A DNA stretch of 64,000 nt, from positions 44,888,001-44,952,000 of the forward strand of contig CM097885.1 of NCBI GenBank assembly GCA_044892525.1. Direction: 5' to 3'. Below, piece by piece: positions 26,501-40,251 of this stretch. Under the pieces are notes generated by a model. The model saw nothing but the letters and a program-made list of their open reading frames with translations. It had not been told where the DNA came from and ran no database searches. The stretch's first letter is position 1, and each line of letters begins with the position of its first letter. The stretch is from Schmidtea polychroa. Taxonomy: Eukaryota. Made by a program: the position numbers and the translations under genes.

Positions 26501-29500
26501 ATTTTTTATACATTGTTCGACATTTTAATACTTATTTAATCGAATTTCAATTCAAAATTTCTATATTTCCATGCAACATTAAAAATCAGCACACAAGTAA
26601 GTTTGGGTATTTCTACAATATAAACTAGTGTATTTTCTATATAACCTAAAAAAATGTCAAGTGAATATGACACTTATATCAGAATTTCTATTTATCAGAT
26701 TTCATTTAGAAATAATATATTTATTTATGTAGTATTCGTCTTTTAATTTTTAACTAGACAAAATTGGATAACCAAAAATTGTCAAAATTGAAAAACTTAT
26801 TTAAACTAAAATTTTTTAAAATTAAAATGGATTTAAAAAATATTTTAATGTTTTTTAACCACCTAATGTTCGGATTTATTTTGAGTTCGTTGTCAAAAAA
26901 TGATCGAATTTTTAACAGTCAGATACATACTCAATAATATTTTACTACAGGTCATTAGAACTACGCTGTGTTTTAAACAAATATGTATAATTTCAAATTA
27001 TTAATTTGACAAATAAATATAATGGTCGCCCGTTTCCCACTCGAGCATATGGAAATTTGACAGTAGGAAGCGTTCGTGTCAAACGCGGCACATACGTTAA
27101 ACGGTTGAATATTTATATTTATTTATATATGAAAATGCCTAAATGACTAATTCATAATATATAATTTCAATATTATTTTAACACAATATTTTTGGGTTAT
27201 TTTTCTGCTTTTGGTAGCAATGTATAATCCACAGTCAAACTCATTTCCAGCAATGAAGATGGAGATGGTTAATCTTTTTAAAATTTTTAAAAGATTTTAT
27301 ATCTTAGAAGCAGCTATGGAAAGACTAACTCGTTCTAAATCTTCTCTATCTAAATATATTGACGAGTCAGATAAAAGTCAAGAAATATTTAGTCCTGATT
27401 ATCTCGTAGCTAAATGGCGGCATAAAGTAACAGTGCCTCAGCCTTTTGAAATGACTGTAAGGGAAGAATCTAAAAAGAAATTTCAAAAAGCATTTGATGA
27501 TAATAAACTTCGAAAAAGTCGTACACTTTTAGAATTTCAAATGGAAAAGGCAGAAAAAGAAAGACAGGAATTAGACGAAACTAAAAAACAATTTAGAGCT
27601 AATCCTGTTCCAGCCAATGTATACATACCACTTTATGAAACGATGCAAGAAGAATCTAATCAAAGACGACAATTCATCCGAGAATACAATAAGGAAATAT
27701 TAAAATCAGTTGAAAAACCTTTTAATTTTTATAAACGAGAAATGGAAAAGCAAAGACAAAAAACTGAAATTTCATCCCAGGCCTTTGATTCTTCAAAATC
27801 TACGAATGGATTTAAAAATTCATCAAACAAACAACCTTTAAAAAGTTATCATGGAGAAAGACAAAAGACCATTATAAGAGCAAAAGAAGTTCCAAAGTAT
27901 TCAAATAATGCTTCAACAATTGAAAAAATGAAGGAAGATGAACTATTTCGCCTTATTAAAGCTGAAATGCGATCAAAACAATTATTAGAAGAATCCAAAA
28001 TGCCCGGGAATATGGCTGAACGGCAAAGAATACAAGAAGAAAAGCGAAAACAGAAAGAATTAAAATGTTTGTTAACTATAATCATCAAAGTGGATATTAA
28101 TTTTTCAAATTTAAGATAAAAACCTCTCTTTGCGTACTAGATCCAAATCGGCAGATTTTAATAAATCCAATAAAACTGTACCAAATTTTTCAAAAATTCA
28201 TAAAGACTGGGAAGAAGAAATTCGTATGAGTTATAAAGAACCGTATATAACTCAACCGAAACCCTTTAAATTGCTCACAGAGCAAAGACCACTTCACCGT
28301 TCAACGAATGATCTCGAGAATGGAACTCAAAATCCATATAGTTCTACATGCAATAACAATTTGATCAATTCTGGTAAATGTTAATTTGTTTGAATGATTA
28401 GTTATTGATTATTTAAAGAATGGAATAAATCAATTCTAGCTGCATTGGAAATCGCTAAACCTTCAACCAACAAGTCGACAATACTCCGAGAAAATGCTAT
28501 CAAGTAATATAGACTTTAATACTTTATGTAGTAATTTAATAATATACAATAGACACTGTTAGTTGCAATCAAATTGCTAGCCTCTTTATTTGTCATCATA
28601 ACTAAAAATAATAATAACTATTTAAATTACAATACTTTATTTTTAACACAAACAATATTACTTCATAATGTTATTCAAATATATTGGATTATTAATTAAT
28701 AAGTCGGTTAATTCCTGACTCCTTGTCATTAATCAAATAACTAAAATCACACAAAGAACAAATTTATTGATTCTCAATTCAATTTACAAATCTTCACAAT
28801 ATTTTCACTTTTCATTTAGAAATTTATCTGATTAACTTTAAGGCAGACAGTCCAATGAGTTATTGCCTTGTCTGGAATGGTAAGTTGATTTCAAGTTATA
28901 TTCAAAGTTTGTTTCTTTCGTTTTACTGACCCCTGCTTGATTTCTTTCTAATTCGACTCAAATCATTCTTTTTCATATTCTTCTCTTCGATCAACTTGCA
29001 ATTCATCTCTCTATGCTTTCTTTTTATACTCTTCCTGAGAGAATGATTATTTCACAATTTTGAACCTAATTGTGTCAATAACAAAATAATTAGGCCCCTT
29101 TTCCTCCCTCGCGCTTTTATCACTAATTATTTTGTTGATTATTCGGGGTTCCTACATACCTCTACTCTTTACACAATTCGGCTTTCTCATTGTCTCGGGC
29201 TTCCCATTAGCGAGTTAAATAAATCTAATTAATTTGCTATTTCATTATAATTTTTCCTAGTGACCCCTCACTAACTTATTATTATTATTTTTGTGTTCGT
29301 CTTATGATTCGGCGTTCAACTGTTCCAGTTTCTCCAGTATAATATTCATTTTCAAATTTTTATAAATTCTAATTAATTTTTGCACTTTTATTATTTTTGG
29401 TGTTTTTATTGATTTCACTAATTAATCCCAACAAATATATTTCAGAAGCCTCAATTTTTCTTTTTATTAGCTATGATTTCAAACATACATTTCAGCATAC

Positions 29501-32500
29501 TGTATAAATTTTTATATACTATTATATTTAAAATTAAATTCAAAATTTATTGATATTATAAATAAAATCAAAATTTTATAAAATCAATTTTCTTTAAATC
29601 AAACTTATTTTTATCAATTTTAAAATTATAATATTTACACATCACAGACATTATTGAAGGTTATAGCATGCACCTGCAAATCAATATCGAACATACCCAT
29701 TTCCGAAAGAGTCTTCGGCGCACGTTCTTAATCACAGCCTCGGAATGGCTAAATATAAGAAAATTTAAAAAACACTCGCTGAGTTCCTAAGATCAAAAGA
29801 TTTGAACTTTGGGAAACCCATCCGAAAATAATCAAAAGAAAATCTTAAACCTGATATTGTTTTAAGAGAAAGGGATAAGATAGAAATAATCGATATTAAA
29901 TGCTCCTTCGACGACAGTGAAGCAATCGAAGCTGTTAGAAATAAGAATTTCGATAAATATAGACAATTGACCAAAGAAATCTAAAAGGAAACACACATTT
30001 GCACTTGTAAAAACCTTTGTTTAAACTTGGGATAAACGAAAAAATGAAATCCTAAAGAAACTAAAAATGACGTTTGGAAATTGAAAAAATAAACCTTTTT
30101 ATCCAAAAGTATCAACTCGCCAACGTATGAATACATTAAAAGAAGAAACAAACTATAAAAGTAATTATTCAGCATAAACAGAGGGAACCAATACAACAAC
30201 ATGACAGCGAAGATGTTAGAAAGTGTCAGCAAAGGCTCCGGGAAAACCTATAAACATCACATGGGATTCAATACCACATAAACCGCGATCTAGAACGAAG
30301 AGTCCCTATGCCAACATCTCCAAACAAGGCATACTAGTGTACAAATAGTGTCTAGACATTAGGTTATTCCAATAACTGCTCCCACACAATCTATGTGCTG
30401 TTTTTGTTTTGTTTTATTAATAAATGTTTATATGACTATGAGTCAATATTTGTTCCACCTTACTTACGTCAGGAGTGCAGTCTAAAATTATGGAATAGTA
30501 TTCGACTTTTTGATATCTTTAATATTATGGGATTTCACACTTTGATGCAAGATATCTATTATCTTGTTTTATATATTTTTCCCGAGATCATGAGCTTTAA
30601 TATCCTCTTTTGAGCACGACACGCCTGTGTTCTTCTATAGTGGGATCAAATTCAAATAGAAGCTCAACTATTTAAAAAGTTACCGTTATTATGCTCAAAC
30701 AGCTTGTTGCTTATAACTTGAAAAGCTAGACAACATTTACAAAGAATTTTAGTGATTGCAACGATTCTTAGAGACTTCTCATACCATTGGTTTGTTTCGG
30801 AATTTAGTATTTTTTGGCAGCCCCATTTATAGTTTTATAACACTTTTGGCTCTGTTCTAGTCACGACTTTTGAGTCTGAATATGATTTTTAGAAATTTCA
30901 CGGACTTTTAAAGTTTCAACAAGATGCTTCTTTATTTTGATATTTTTCGCAACAAAAGTGGTATATGCAGTTTTTCAAAAGAGTACACTAAACAGTCTTT
31001 TACAACTTTCTATCCATTGCTTAAAATTCGTGCTAGAAAGCGATGCGCATGATACGGCGGCGTATAAGATATCACATTCCTTCCTATAAGTTCACATGGC
31101 GCCCTGAGTGCTGTTTTATGCGGAGAGTGACCTAACCTTTTTTTGTTATTTAATTAAACATGCCGCTCTTTTATGGTTGTTTTCTTCCGATGTAAGGATT
31201 ACAGAGATTCTTTTTATCTTTTAGTCAAAAACAGTAAATACGAAATGTAAATTGCTTGGTGATTTTGAACAAAAAAATATAAATTTCTATTAATTGAGTA
31301 TTTAATTTATCAATATTTCGTCATATAAACCGCCAAAATACCGGGTTGTCCACCTCCACAAAAGCGGTTTTTGTTATATAGCCAAGTGTTGAAATATATT
31401 TTTAATAACAAGATGAATAAAATTAATTATAATGAATAATGATTTTGAATACATTTCGGCGAAGTCAGAAAATAAAGCTGGTTACATAAAAATTCTGAAA
31501 TACACAATAGTTTTTTTATCCATGAAAATATTACTTAGTTGTTTTTTTATTATTTTGACATCCATTTCCTTTAGAATTATCAACAATATTTTTTATTTTG
31601 TTCGATTTTATAAAAATAAATTTCTGTTTCTTTGAAACCATTTATAATGATTTATTTAAAAACTTTTGTCATGCGTCTGTAGAATATCCATTTGCACGAT
31701 TCCTTATATGACACGGATTTCATGTTATAACTTAATAATTATTATATTTTTACAGAACAAAGCTTATTGAAGAAGAAACGAAAATACACATTAAAGCTGT
31801 CGAGCAGTTAGCTAAAAAGAAAAGAGAAATGGATGTTTCAGATAAAATTCGTAAATCTCTTGATATTGATTCTATTCCTAAAGGAGAAGATAAGAGAAGA
31901 CAGAAAACAAAAGAATTGAAGTAGATTTTTATGATGTGGAAATGTTATTCAGATTTTAAGAATTGAGAATGAAGTAAGGAAAGAAAATTATCAACGACAG
32001 TTGGATGAAATTAAAAAGAAAGTTGAACAATTACCTCTTTTGCTTGAAACGGCAGTACAAAAAAATCAACACACCAATGGCCCTGTGAAACTTCTTCAAA
32101 GCAGTCATAAGCCATCAAGCAACAAACAAGATCTTTGTAAGTTTTATTACTGTTTACAATGTTAATCTAATTTTGTCATCTAATATATAAAATGCGAATT
32201 AATGAAGCAGAAAAATTTCAGCTTCAACTTTTCAGTATATTTAGTATTAAATAAATCAAATACATATATTACTGATAAATTATAAGTAAAATATTAAGTT
32301 AAATTTCATTAAAAGATTCACCATTTGAAATTTTTAATCTATTCCAAATTAAGAGCTTTTAGTCCAAATTTGAAATAACTTTCAAAGTTCTTTTTTCCTA
32401 ATCAATATATTTAAATATTTATTATTTTGTGTTTTCAGTAAAATCTTGATTTTCACTAATAAACTAATTTCATTTACAACTATTTCTATATTTTTACATA

Positions 32501-33943
32501 AAATATGAACCAATATTCCAAAAAGAAACGAAGATAACGGAAATGTGATCTTGTAATCTATATTACAATTAAGTTTATTAGTTGATAAAATTATAATGAA
32601 GTTATTGTAACAAAATTCCTTATTATCAACAAGATAGATATGTTGGATTCATTTCTCAACATAACTCCCATTAACAGTGATGCATTTTCTCCAACTATCC
32701 ACCATTAATTTGAAAGTCATTTCAAAGAAATCTTATCTCTTCCCTACAAGAAAACTCTTCATATTTTCTTTCGAACTATGCCTGCTTCGATTCAAATATT
32801 TTACCTCTCAAATATTTCAGAGGATTGAACAATCAAAAATCATGGGGAACAAGATCTGTATAGTGAATAATCTAACCACACAATCCACATTTTGTTACTA
32901 CTTCCTGTATTCGATAAGATGTGTAATTAGAGTGTTAAAGTGTTATCATGGAGATAAAGGTTTTGTAAAATCTTCAAGATTTCTTTAACATCACAAAATA
33001 CACTACGTCACATAGTTCTTGAACAAAGCATTTTGATGTCTTCCAGGTAATTCCCACGTTTAGATTCTTGTTTAGAGTGGGAAATGTAAAGGAAATGTAA
33101 AAATACTTTAAACAATTACACCTCCGCCAGAGCTCAAGATCGAACGTAATCCTCTAACCAGTTTGGAGATTTTGGAAATCGATTAGACCTTCTCAATTCG
33201 TGCTTTTCAGGATTATGGTTTCTTAGATCTGAATATGAGAACTCACTTTCGCTCTCCTCAAATGAACTCTCTCCGACGCCAATCTGATGTCCGATACATG
33301 TCGATTTATCCCATCTATGGTAATTGACGTTTGAAAATCCACACTGGTCACAATTTCAAGTTTCCATGGTGTAAAACATCGAGATCCTCCATGCTTTACA
33401 TAAACTCTATCGTCTGTCTTAAATTTGGATAAAAAATAAAGCATTTTTCTGCATTTCATCCTTACATACTTAACACAAATTGATTTCAAAATAAGCAAAT
33501 CAAACATTTTACACGTTCTTAAATTAGGAAAATTAAAAATCTATTTGCTGATTCTATCTAAGAACCTTTTTCAATTTTCGCATCTGATTTCCTTTAAATT
33601 GACATTGTATTTATTAAAACAAATTGACTATGAATTCAGTAAAGATATCGATGTTTTTTTCTTTGATATTCACGAATTTTCAGCACAGGCTTTTTGAAGT
33701 GATTTTCTTTTATATTTACCTTAATAATTTATTCCTTATCCTTTCATTAATATAACAGTTAATAATTATGATGAACGGAACAATTTTGGCGATGCTCCCA
33801 GTAACAGGAGCTCAACGGATATCAGTGGTTCAATAGAAGAGTTGAACTCATATCAAAGAAATAATCATTCGAAAAAGTTGCAAAAGGAAAATGAACAGTT
33901 CCATTCGAATTACGATGAAAATAATCATTCTAACCAATATTAA
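20668..33943 (+). CDS. FAM161A: FAM161-family centriolar/ciliary microtubule-binding protein (about 740 aa; first exons unresolved)
   Basis: Phase-consistent exons: 20668-20779, 20828-21078, 24040-24272, 27308-28066, 28116-28373, 28419-28503, 31756-31920, 31961-32136, 33759-33943. Motifs FEEKLNKLKNDNLETM, WRHKVTVPQPFEMTVRE, FRANPVPANVYIPLY, KPFNFYKRE, VPNFSKIH, TQPKPFKL and YQRQLDEIKKKVEQLPLLLE are typical of FAM161 (UPF0564). The A versus B paralog cannot be assigned. Confidence 0.85.
21430..22460 (-). mobile_element. Degenerate hAT-like (hATm-type) transposase in a FAM161 intron
   Basis: Broken frames include YCLQFDGK, EIKLGILKCERGSAAAIHKELHQLIDEYDAW and NTGRLHGIAKLIQ...QYICCQHHVL (CxxH). 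Termini not identified; the subclade call is tentative. Confidence 0.7.
23559..23590. repeat. (TA)16 microsatellite
   Basis: Read directly from the sequence. Confidence 0.95.
24605..24993 (+). repeat. Unclassified AT-rich interspersed repeat, copy 1
   Basis: Shares aaaatggcgaatatttat, tctttattttctcga.aactc.tattt...aaaaattgaattca and the terminal tttttattccatgcaa with 57390-57813. The terminal motif recurs at about 26436-26452. Confidence 0.65.
24994..25695 (-). mobile_element. Non-autonomous hAT element (702 bp) carrying a transposase C-terminal remnant
   Basis: Perfect 8-bp TSD catgcaac (24986-24993 and 25696-25703); ggccctagg-type subterminal motifs at both ends; minus-strand peptide RTTMTQNKLCSLSLVCIESDKLRSLSFDDVLSDFAQPKARK (hAT dimerization domain). 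Confidence 0.88.
28690..29300 (-). mobile_element. Solo-LTR-like repeat related to the 11875 and 37368 copies
   Basis: Minus strand shows aataaa...ttgtgtgat...gacaaggagtcagga, resembling the 3' end of the 11875-12749 copy. Diverged; boundaries approximate. Confidence 0.35.
29706..30290 (+). mobile_element. 3' fragment of an RLE-type non-LTR retrotransposon (NeSL/R2/R4-like)
   Basis: ESSAHVLNHSLGM (CCHC knuckle remnant), then LKPDIVLRERDKIEIIDIKCSF...RNKNFDKYRQL (PD-D-x-K restriction-like endonuclease), with stop codons. Confidence 0.8.
30435..30850 (-). mobile_element. hAT (ZMYM1-like) transposase fragment
   Basis: KLFEHNNGNF...FDPTIEEH...YYSIILDCTPDVSKVEQ across frameshifts. Confidence 0.8.
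32649..33070 (-). mobile_element. Mariner transposase C-terminal remnant
   Basis: LHDN, a degenerate YSPDL..DF region, and the terminal SWRKCITVNGSYVEK* typical of mariner C-termini. Confidence 0.75.
33223..33430 (-). mobile_element. LTR retrotransposon integrase C-terminal tail fragment
   Basis: FKTDDRVYVKHGGSRCFTPWKLEIVTSV...TIDGINRHVSDIR resembles the SH3-like tail of Ty3/Gypsy integrases. Confidence 0.55.
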
Positions 33944-34328
33944 ATATCAAAAAATAAATTTTATCAACTTAATCGGATAATTCGATGTTTTTATGAATTT
34001 CTCAATTCCTATAAAAAATTTCCAAATTCTTACTGTTTCACGTTTTCAATTTTTCAATAATTTTCATTTTATGAAATTAATTCTACGATTTATTATCTAA
34101 AACTTTAATCATCAGATTATTTCCTGAAATAACTATTTTTTGCTATTGAAATAATGTCGGTTTAAACATCTTTTTGTTGATCTGGTAATAGTATCATTTA
34201 TTAAATGGATTCATTTCTGTTGTCTTAGAAATAAATTCTGTTTAAATGGCTTTGATATTTTTGTTTTTTCTGCTATTTTTTGGAAAGAAATTATTTGCAT
34301 GTTTTGTTTAGTTGTTATTGGTGGGTCA

Positions 34329-34470
34329 CAGGTATACCACATTTTACCCCGTCGAGTTGTTGCCAACGAAACCCAGAATGCAATGGTTTTCTATACCATT
34401 CGACACACTTTGAATTATCAATGTTGGAACTGTGTCGGATGGGTGAATAATCGCGGAAAGTGAGCGTAAC
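34329..34470 (+). repeat. Dispersed repeat, homologous to 46838-46975
   Basis: Collinear blocks caggta..acattttacc, acc(a)(t/a)tcgacac, ttatcaa.gttgg, atgggtgaata.tcgc and aaagtgag are shared by both copies. Confidence 0.65.
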
Positions 34471-34820
34471 TTTGTACACTATAACCGTCGAGGATTTGAA
34501 TGGTTTTGCAGACTACCGTAAGAAGGTAATTGTCCGTCTTACGTTTCGGTTTGCTATTTATTACCTAAATATTTAATGAATACTTTGCTTATTAAAAAAA
34601 TCGCTTTGTAAGATTTATTTAAAGCCTGAAACATACAACATGAGACCACTATCTCTATTCCGCGCACAAGGCACGCTAGCTCGCATTTCCTTCCCAACTC
34701 GATCATCTCCTCTTTTGCAATTGAACGGCGTCCTGAAGCTCTTGTCGCAACGTCCGAATTTATTGTTTCACTGAAATTAGTATTGGTTAAGTAGAGTGAT
34801 GTGTTGTAGTTATCATTATT

Positions 34821-36390
34821 TAAGGATGTCAATGCGGGTACCCGATCCGGCAAGGTCTTTGGGATCTTGCCGGATCTTGGATCCGAGATCAGTTACAGAA
34901 TTTATCGGATCGGATTCTCCGGATCTTAATCTATTTTTTAATAATTTTGAGAGGAATTTGATATATTTTCAACATTCGGGAGCATAAAAAATTTGAGTTT
35001 CTCGCTCTAGCCTAGTCCTCTCTCTGAACACTCATATGAGTGTTTAACGTGTTTAAGTGTATAAGTGTAAAGTCACGTATTTCAGTTCGATATTGAGCTA
35101 TAAGCGAAATTAAATTGGAAAAACTCGGAGAAATTTCTATTTTGAGGTGAAAATAATAATATGCAATCTAATCAATCTATTCTTTTAACTTGATAAATTA
35201 ATTTGTGAATCAGTTAATTATAAAACGAAAGTTAGGCTATGTCGAAATTCCAAAAATCAACAATTTCAGATGTTTTCAATGTTTTGAAGTACGGACATGA
35301 CAGCATATCAGCTATTCGCTATTTCGCAGTTCTAAGTGCTGATGGTGTTACGAAAAAGCTTAGTCAGGCTGTGATCAATCGAGGCTATCCAAAAACGACT
35401 TCAAGTCTCTGGAAATACACCATTCTGTACACAAAACAACGAAAGAGCAAGTAGAGCATTCAAATCAATCAGAGTTCCTTTCGAAGGATGAGGAGACCAA
35501 GAAAACGCTTCAAACATCAATCAAGGCTTTTGTATATGAGAAAATAAACAATAATCTTGAAGCATCTATCTTGCGCTTGGCTTCAATATCTTGTATGTCC
35601 TTTAAAGCAATCGCAGAGTCCGAAGATGTCCACAGATGGACTCGAATGGAAGGAAAAGAAGTTCCGTTCTCTAAAACGACTGTCAGAGATATAGTGATCA
35701 GCTACGCCGAGAAGAAAAACAAGAATTGCGTGGAAAGCTTTCAGAAATGAAGAAATCCATGGAAAAGTTCATATTTACCTTCGACGAGTGGTCATCAATC
35801 ACTTAAGATCGATACATGAACTTAACATTATCGAATGATGGTGACGAGAAGTTTAACCTTGGTCTACAAATAATAAAAGGTTCCCTGCCAGCTGACAAAC
35901 TTAAAATTTATATCGAGAAATTCTTAATTGAATTCGGATTGACTTGGGATGACATCGTTGCCGTTTCAATGGACGGTTGTGCAGTAAATGTCAAGTTTGG
36001 AATAATGAACGTAGTAATCCCACAGTTGTGCATGGTTCACGCAATTCATCTTGCCGTGACAAAAGTAAAGTATGACATGGAACTGGAGGGGGGAATTTAA
36101 AATTCGAATTCACTACCGCATCATCAGATTTGGAAACGGATGAGCCAGATATTGAAACTGAAGAGACTGAGACGCTTTCCATTGACTATGAATTTAATGG
36201 AATTCAGCGAGACAACAGACTCCCAGAAAGCATGAAGCAATTGATTCAGAACATTCGAGAAGTTGTGAAACATTTCAAGAATGATTCAGTCGACATCCTC
36301 CCAACGGGACTAGGCAATTTCCTATCATTAATTTTAGTGTTGCTTAATATCAGACAAATTTTATTTCGCTACAAATTCTTTTACTCGTGA
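34821..36390 (+). mobile_element. Degenerate hAT transposon (left end plus broken transposase)
   Basis: Left end taaggatgtcaatgcgggtacccg with clustered (c)ggatc subterminal repeats; BED-like TTSSLWK; FHITFDEWSS (first catalytic D); DIVAVSMDG; QLCMVHAIHLAV (CxxH). Right end not found. Confidence 0.88.
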
Positions 36391-37367
36391 GCCGTTGAAT
36401 GATTGCTGTCGAACCTAGCTCATCTTATACTACTGAACGAGATAGGCCTCTGGATTATGTCCGCCGCACAGTCGTTGAACCGTCCTCACTTTTATAATCA
36501 GTATGGTGTTTGCTGAATATGTTTTTAGCTTTGTGATATGATGTTGCTCGTCAATGATTGTTTGGAAAGGTAGTCAAATCAGTCTTAGTTGTGAGGGCAA
36601 TGATTGTTTTCATCAACGTTTGTTTAACCTGTAATGATTAGCCAAATATGATTGGTCGTCATTGTTTTGTTACAATAATTCATCTCTGAATTATTCTTAA
36701 TCAAATGATATTTGCATGAATAGCCTTTTAATTTTAAGTTTCTTTTAATTTTACGCGGCGATGAGCTAGAACTATTAGATTATGACTCTTGGTTTTAAAA
36801 AATTAAAAATCTTTTGTGTTATCTCACCAAATTTTGGGTTTAAGTCAACCGTAGACCGGAGTAATAAGATATACGACTTTTAACGACATATTATAATAAT
36901 TTATGAAAATTTGCGCAGTTTTACGGTTGTTTGTGATGATTTGTTCCGTAGAAAAATCTATGAAATTTTAAATCATTCTATATTTCCCACTGATTCAAAT
37001 TTAATAGTAAATGCGCTTGATTGCAGTTACTCATATCATATGCTTAGACAAATAAATGGATAATTTTTCCGTAATGGTTAAGGAATTATTTAGTTCAACT
37101 GTATATGTAATTAGCGAATTTCTAATGAGGTTATCTATTTCACCACGTTTAACTTCTATTGAGAGTTTAAGTAGTTCTATATTTTAGTTTCTAGCTACCC
37201 ATAGCTCAGTGGACATTAAGGAGACAAGCTGTTAGTGTCCCATTTACAAAATTCGTCAAGTTTTAATGTAGATTTTTCATATAAGTCAATTATGTATTAT
37301 AAGTTGTTTATGTAAAACTAACTCGCCCCACACAACCCACTGGAAACTAGTTCAACGAGCCTTAGTA

Positions 37368-38250
37368 TTGTTCGGTTATTGGGTTGGTGACAATGTTTGT
37401 AAATTCAAACTTTTACTCTGAATCCAAAGCGTGTTTATTAATTTACAATTTAACACTCTCGAACACGATAACCTTTATTATTATTCACACTGGATCGTAC
37501 AAATTTCAATTATAACCAATTAACTATACCAATTTATCACACAGAACTTATTTCGACAATAATCACTAGTCGTCAACTACTCAATTACAGGGTATGTTGA
37601 TAGATTGTTTTATTTACTTTGACCACAAACTTATTTACTCCACTTCCACTTATATTTAATTTTACAAAGGATTCTCGTCACTACCCGTTTAAATCTGTTC
37701 TGAACTCTGATTATTTCTCCCTTTAATTGTTCCTTTAAATTCTCCCTTTGATTATCCTTTTTAACTCTCTAAATTTAACTCCTTTTAACTCTCTTTTTCT
37801 TCTCTCGTTACCTCGGATTTGTCTCTGATTTGCCGTCTCTAATTTTTTCTACTTTTGTTCTGATTTCTCAGTCAACTGTTCCGCTTTATATAGTCTGTTT
37901 CATTTGTGGCACTGAAGACAGATTTTGTTTTTCATTTTCGTTTTCATCTGTGTTTCTCGCTACGTCAGCCTTATCTCTGACATATATCAAGATGTGCCCT
38001 GTTTTTCCTTTTTCATGTTGTGCCGACTTTGGCTATCTTTGACAGGCTGTCAAGATACCGCTTTCCTCATCTTTTTTGTTTGCCTGCAATCTGAAATTCC
38101 TCCTTCATTTGTACTTTTTAATTAACAATGACCTCTGTTTTAATTTCTTGTTTGTTTTCTTTTATTTGATTTATCTTTCTCATTTTTCATTTCCTTTTAC
38201 TTCCGTTTTCTTTTATGAGTTCCCATAGATAGTCCCGCTTGTCATGACGA
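37368..38250 (-). mobile_element. LTR-like repeat, probably the 3' LTR of the adjacent Gypsy remnant
   Basis: Minus strand ends cacgctttggattcagagtaa...tgtcaccaacccaataaccgaaca (compare 12696-12749) and is preceded on the minus strand by a purine tract, ggggaaga, near 38253-38260. Confidence 0.5.
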
Positions 38251-38569
38251 TCTTCCCCCAAGTAATTTCTTATTTATTATGCTATTTGTCATTTCGGTAT
38301 CCTCAACAGTATTATGTCACTAAGACCTTTGAGAATACGAACAAATTAAAAGGTGTGACGCAATTGCCGATCTTCCTATCTAATTTAGTTTGTGCCCACT
38401 ATTGTTCCTCCTCTTTCCTTTCACAAGCATGCTACCGGGACGCATGTGCTTACCACACGTATATACTGGAGCGTTAGTGCATTTCTCCCCTCACTTGCCA
38501 TCATCTACAGTGAGCAAAAGAAGTTGCAGTGTTAATTAATTAATTTTTAATTAATTTTAATTAATTTTT

Positions 38570-39310
38570 TGTTTCTGCAGTCCACCATTAAGTTGTAGTG
38601 TGCTAGAAAATCAGCTCCTATTATTGATTGTTGTACTTCTGCGATTGTGAATGACCAGTTGTATTTTTGTGAATTTATTGTTAAGGTTAGTGTGTGTTGG
38701 CCGTATGTTTTATGCTGGAGACATTTGCAGCTGTAAGTGATTTTTCTGTTGCTTTTGCGTTTTTGTAGATGTAGTGGGGTAGTAGTGATATTACAGAGCC
38801 TGTGTCAATTAGAAAATCAGTGTTATTTGTGTGCACCAAAAATGTATTGTTTTGTCATTGAATGTGGGTGCTATCAACAGTAACGGTTTTAGTTTTCCTG
38901 TTCGATTTTGTGATATTCACAGGGTTTTGTGCATTTATATGCTTTGTTGCCGAATTTGTTGTGACAGTAGCAGTAGTTTTTGTTGATAAACTCCCTTCTT
39001 GATTCTTTTTCTGGGCTGTTGTTTCGGTAGTTGTTGTATCGGTTTGGGGGATTTGACCAGTTTCTGTAGTGGCTGTTCGGGGATTGTCTGCAGCTGTAGT
39101 TCTGCCTGTTGTTTCCGTCTGATGACTGGTTATAATTTTGTCTGCTATGATTATCTGATAGTTGGTTTGTGTTGAAATTGTTTCTGTTGTATAGGTCTCT
39201 GTTTTCGTTTGAATTGATATTTTGTCTTTTCTTTTAATAGTAAATTATCGCCATATAGTCTCTTTATTCCATTTTCAAGTGCGACATAAGCTCAACGAAA
39301 TAGCAAAGCG
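38570..39310 (-). mobile_element. Ty3/Gypsy gag-protease remnant
   Basis: Gag end NYCYCHNKFGNKAYKCTKPC...EQEN*, then aspartic protease FLIDTGSVISLLP...TAAN...IIGADFLAHYNLMVDCRN. Confidence 0.88.
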
Positions 39311-40251
39311 CCGCGTAACCTTGTTTAGAAATAAAAAAGAATATAACTGTACATTACAATATATATAGTTGGGTTTTCATTACAAGTCTGTAATAGTTTA
39401 TGACTCCTCGGTCGTTTTATCCAAAAAATGGAACAACACAAGACAGTAACGTTTATTCAAATTAAAGCTATAGTTTACAGCAACTTAATATCCACACAAT
39501 TTTCAATAACAATTTTAGTTTTTGTTTCGGCTCCTATTTATTCGTGAATTTCTTTAATTATAATTATATGATTTTGTTGACAAAACGGGTTTTCCATTAG
39601 CTAATTGATTTTTAATTTATTTTATTTTGCTTTAAACATTGGGTCGAGAGTCTTGTAAAAGATTAATATCAACACTTTTAAAATGTTTTGATTCGTCTCA
39701 TTTTTTGACAATCATCCATACCATTTTACCCGCAAAGTATTTATATAAAAATTTTATTTTTTTAAAAAAATAATTTTTGTAAAATAATTGTTATTTTGGA
39801 TTTGTTGTCCTTATTGATTTGTACGTGGTTCTTTTGATTTTGATTTTTTGTTTTGATCTTGTTTGGTCAAACACCAAAAATATTTTTTTTTGTAAGAATG
39901 AGTAATTTAATAATGATACTATAATAGGATTAAAAAAATATACAAAGATCTCTAAAAAATATTACGTAATTTATATTAAAACTTTGAGTTTCAAATTTGT
40001 CTGGATCTAAATTATGCTCATCTAAGAAAATTTTTTTAATGTTTTAAAATCTGTTTAATCAATTATTCAATATATTATTTATATAACACATTACATACAT
40101 TCAAAATAAAATTTTTTAATAAGTTCTACGTTTTATATTATTTCTTTTTTATTATAAAGATAAATTATTTATAAATCCAGTCAATTTAAAGAAAAACTAA
40201 AAGTGAAGCAATTTGTTTAAATATTCATTATCGTATTTTTCAGTCTTTCAA

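Noticed and set aside
36900-37330. Possible Penelope RT remnant on the minus strand
   Set aside because: Motif resemblance is too degraded to call without a profile search.
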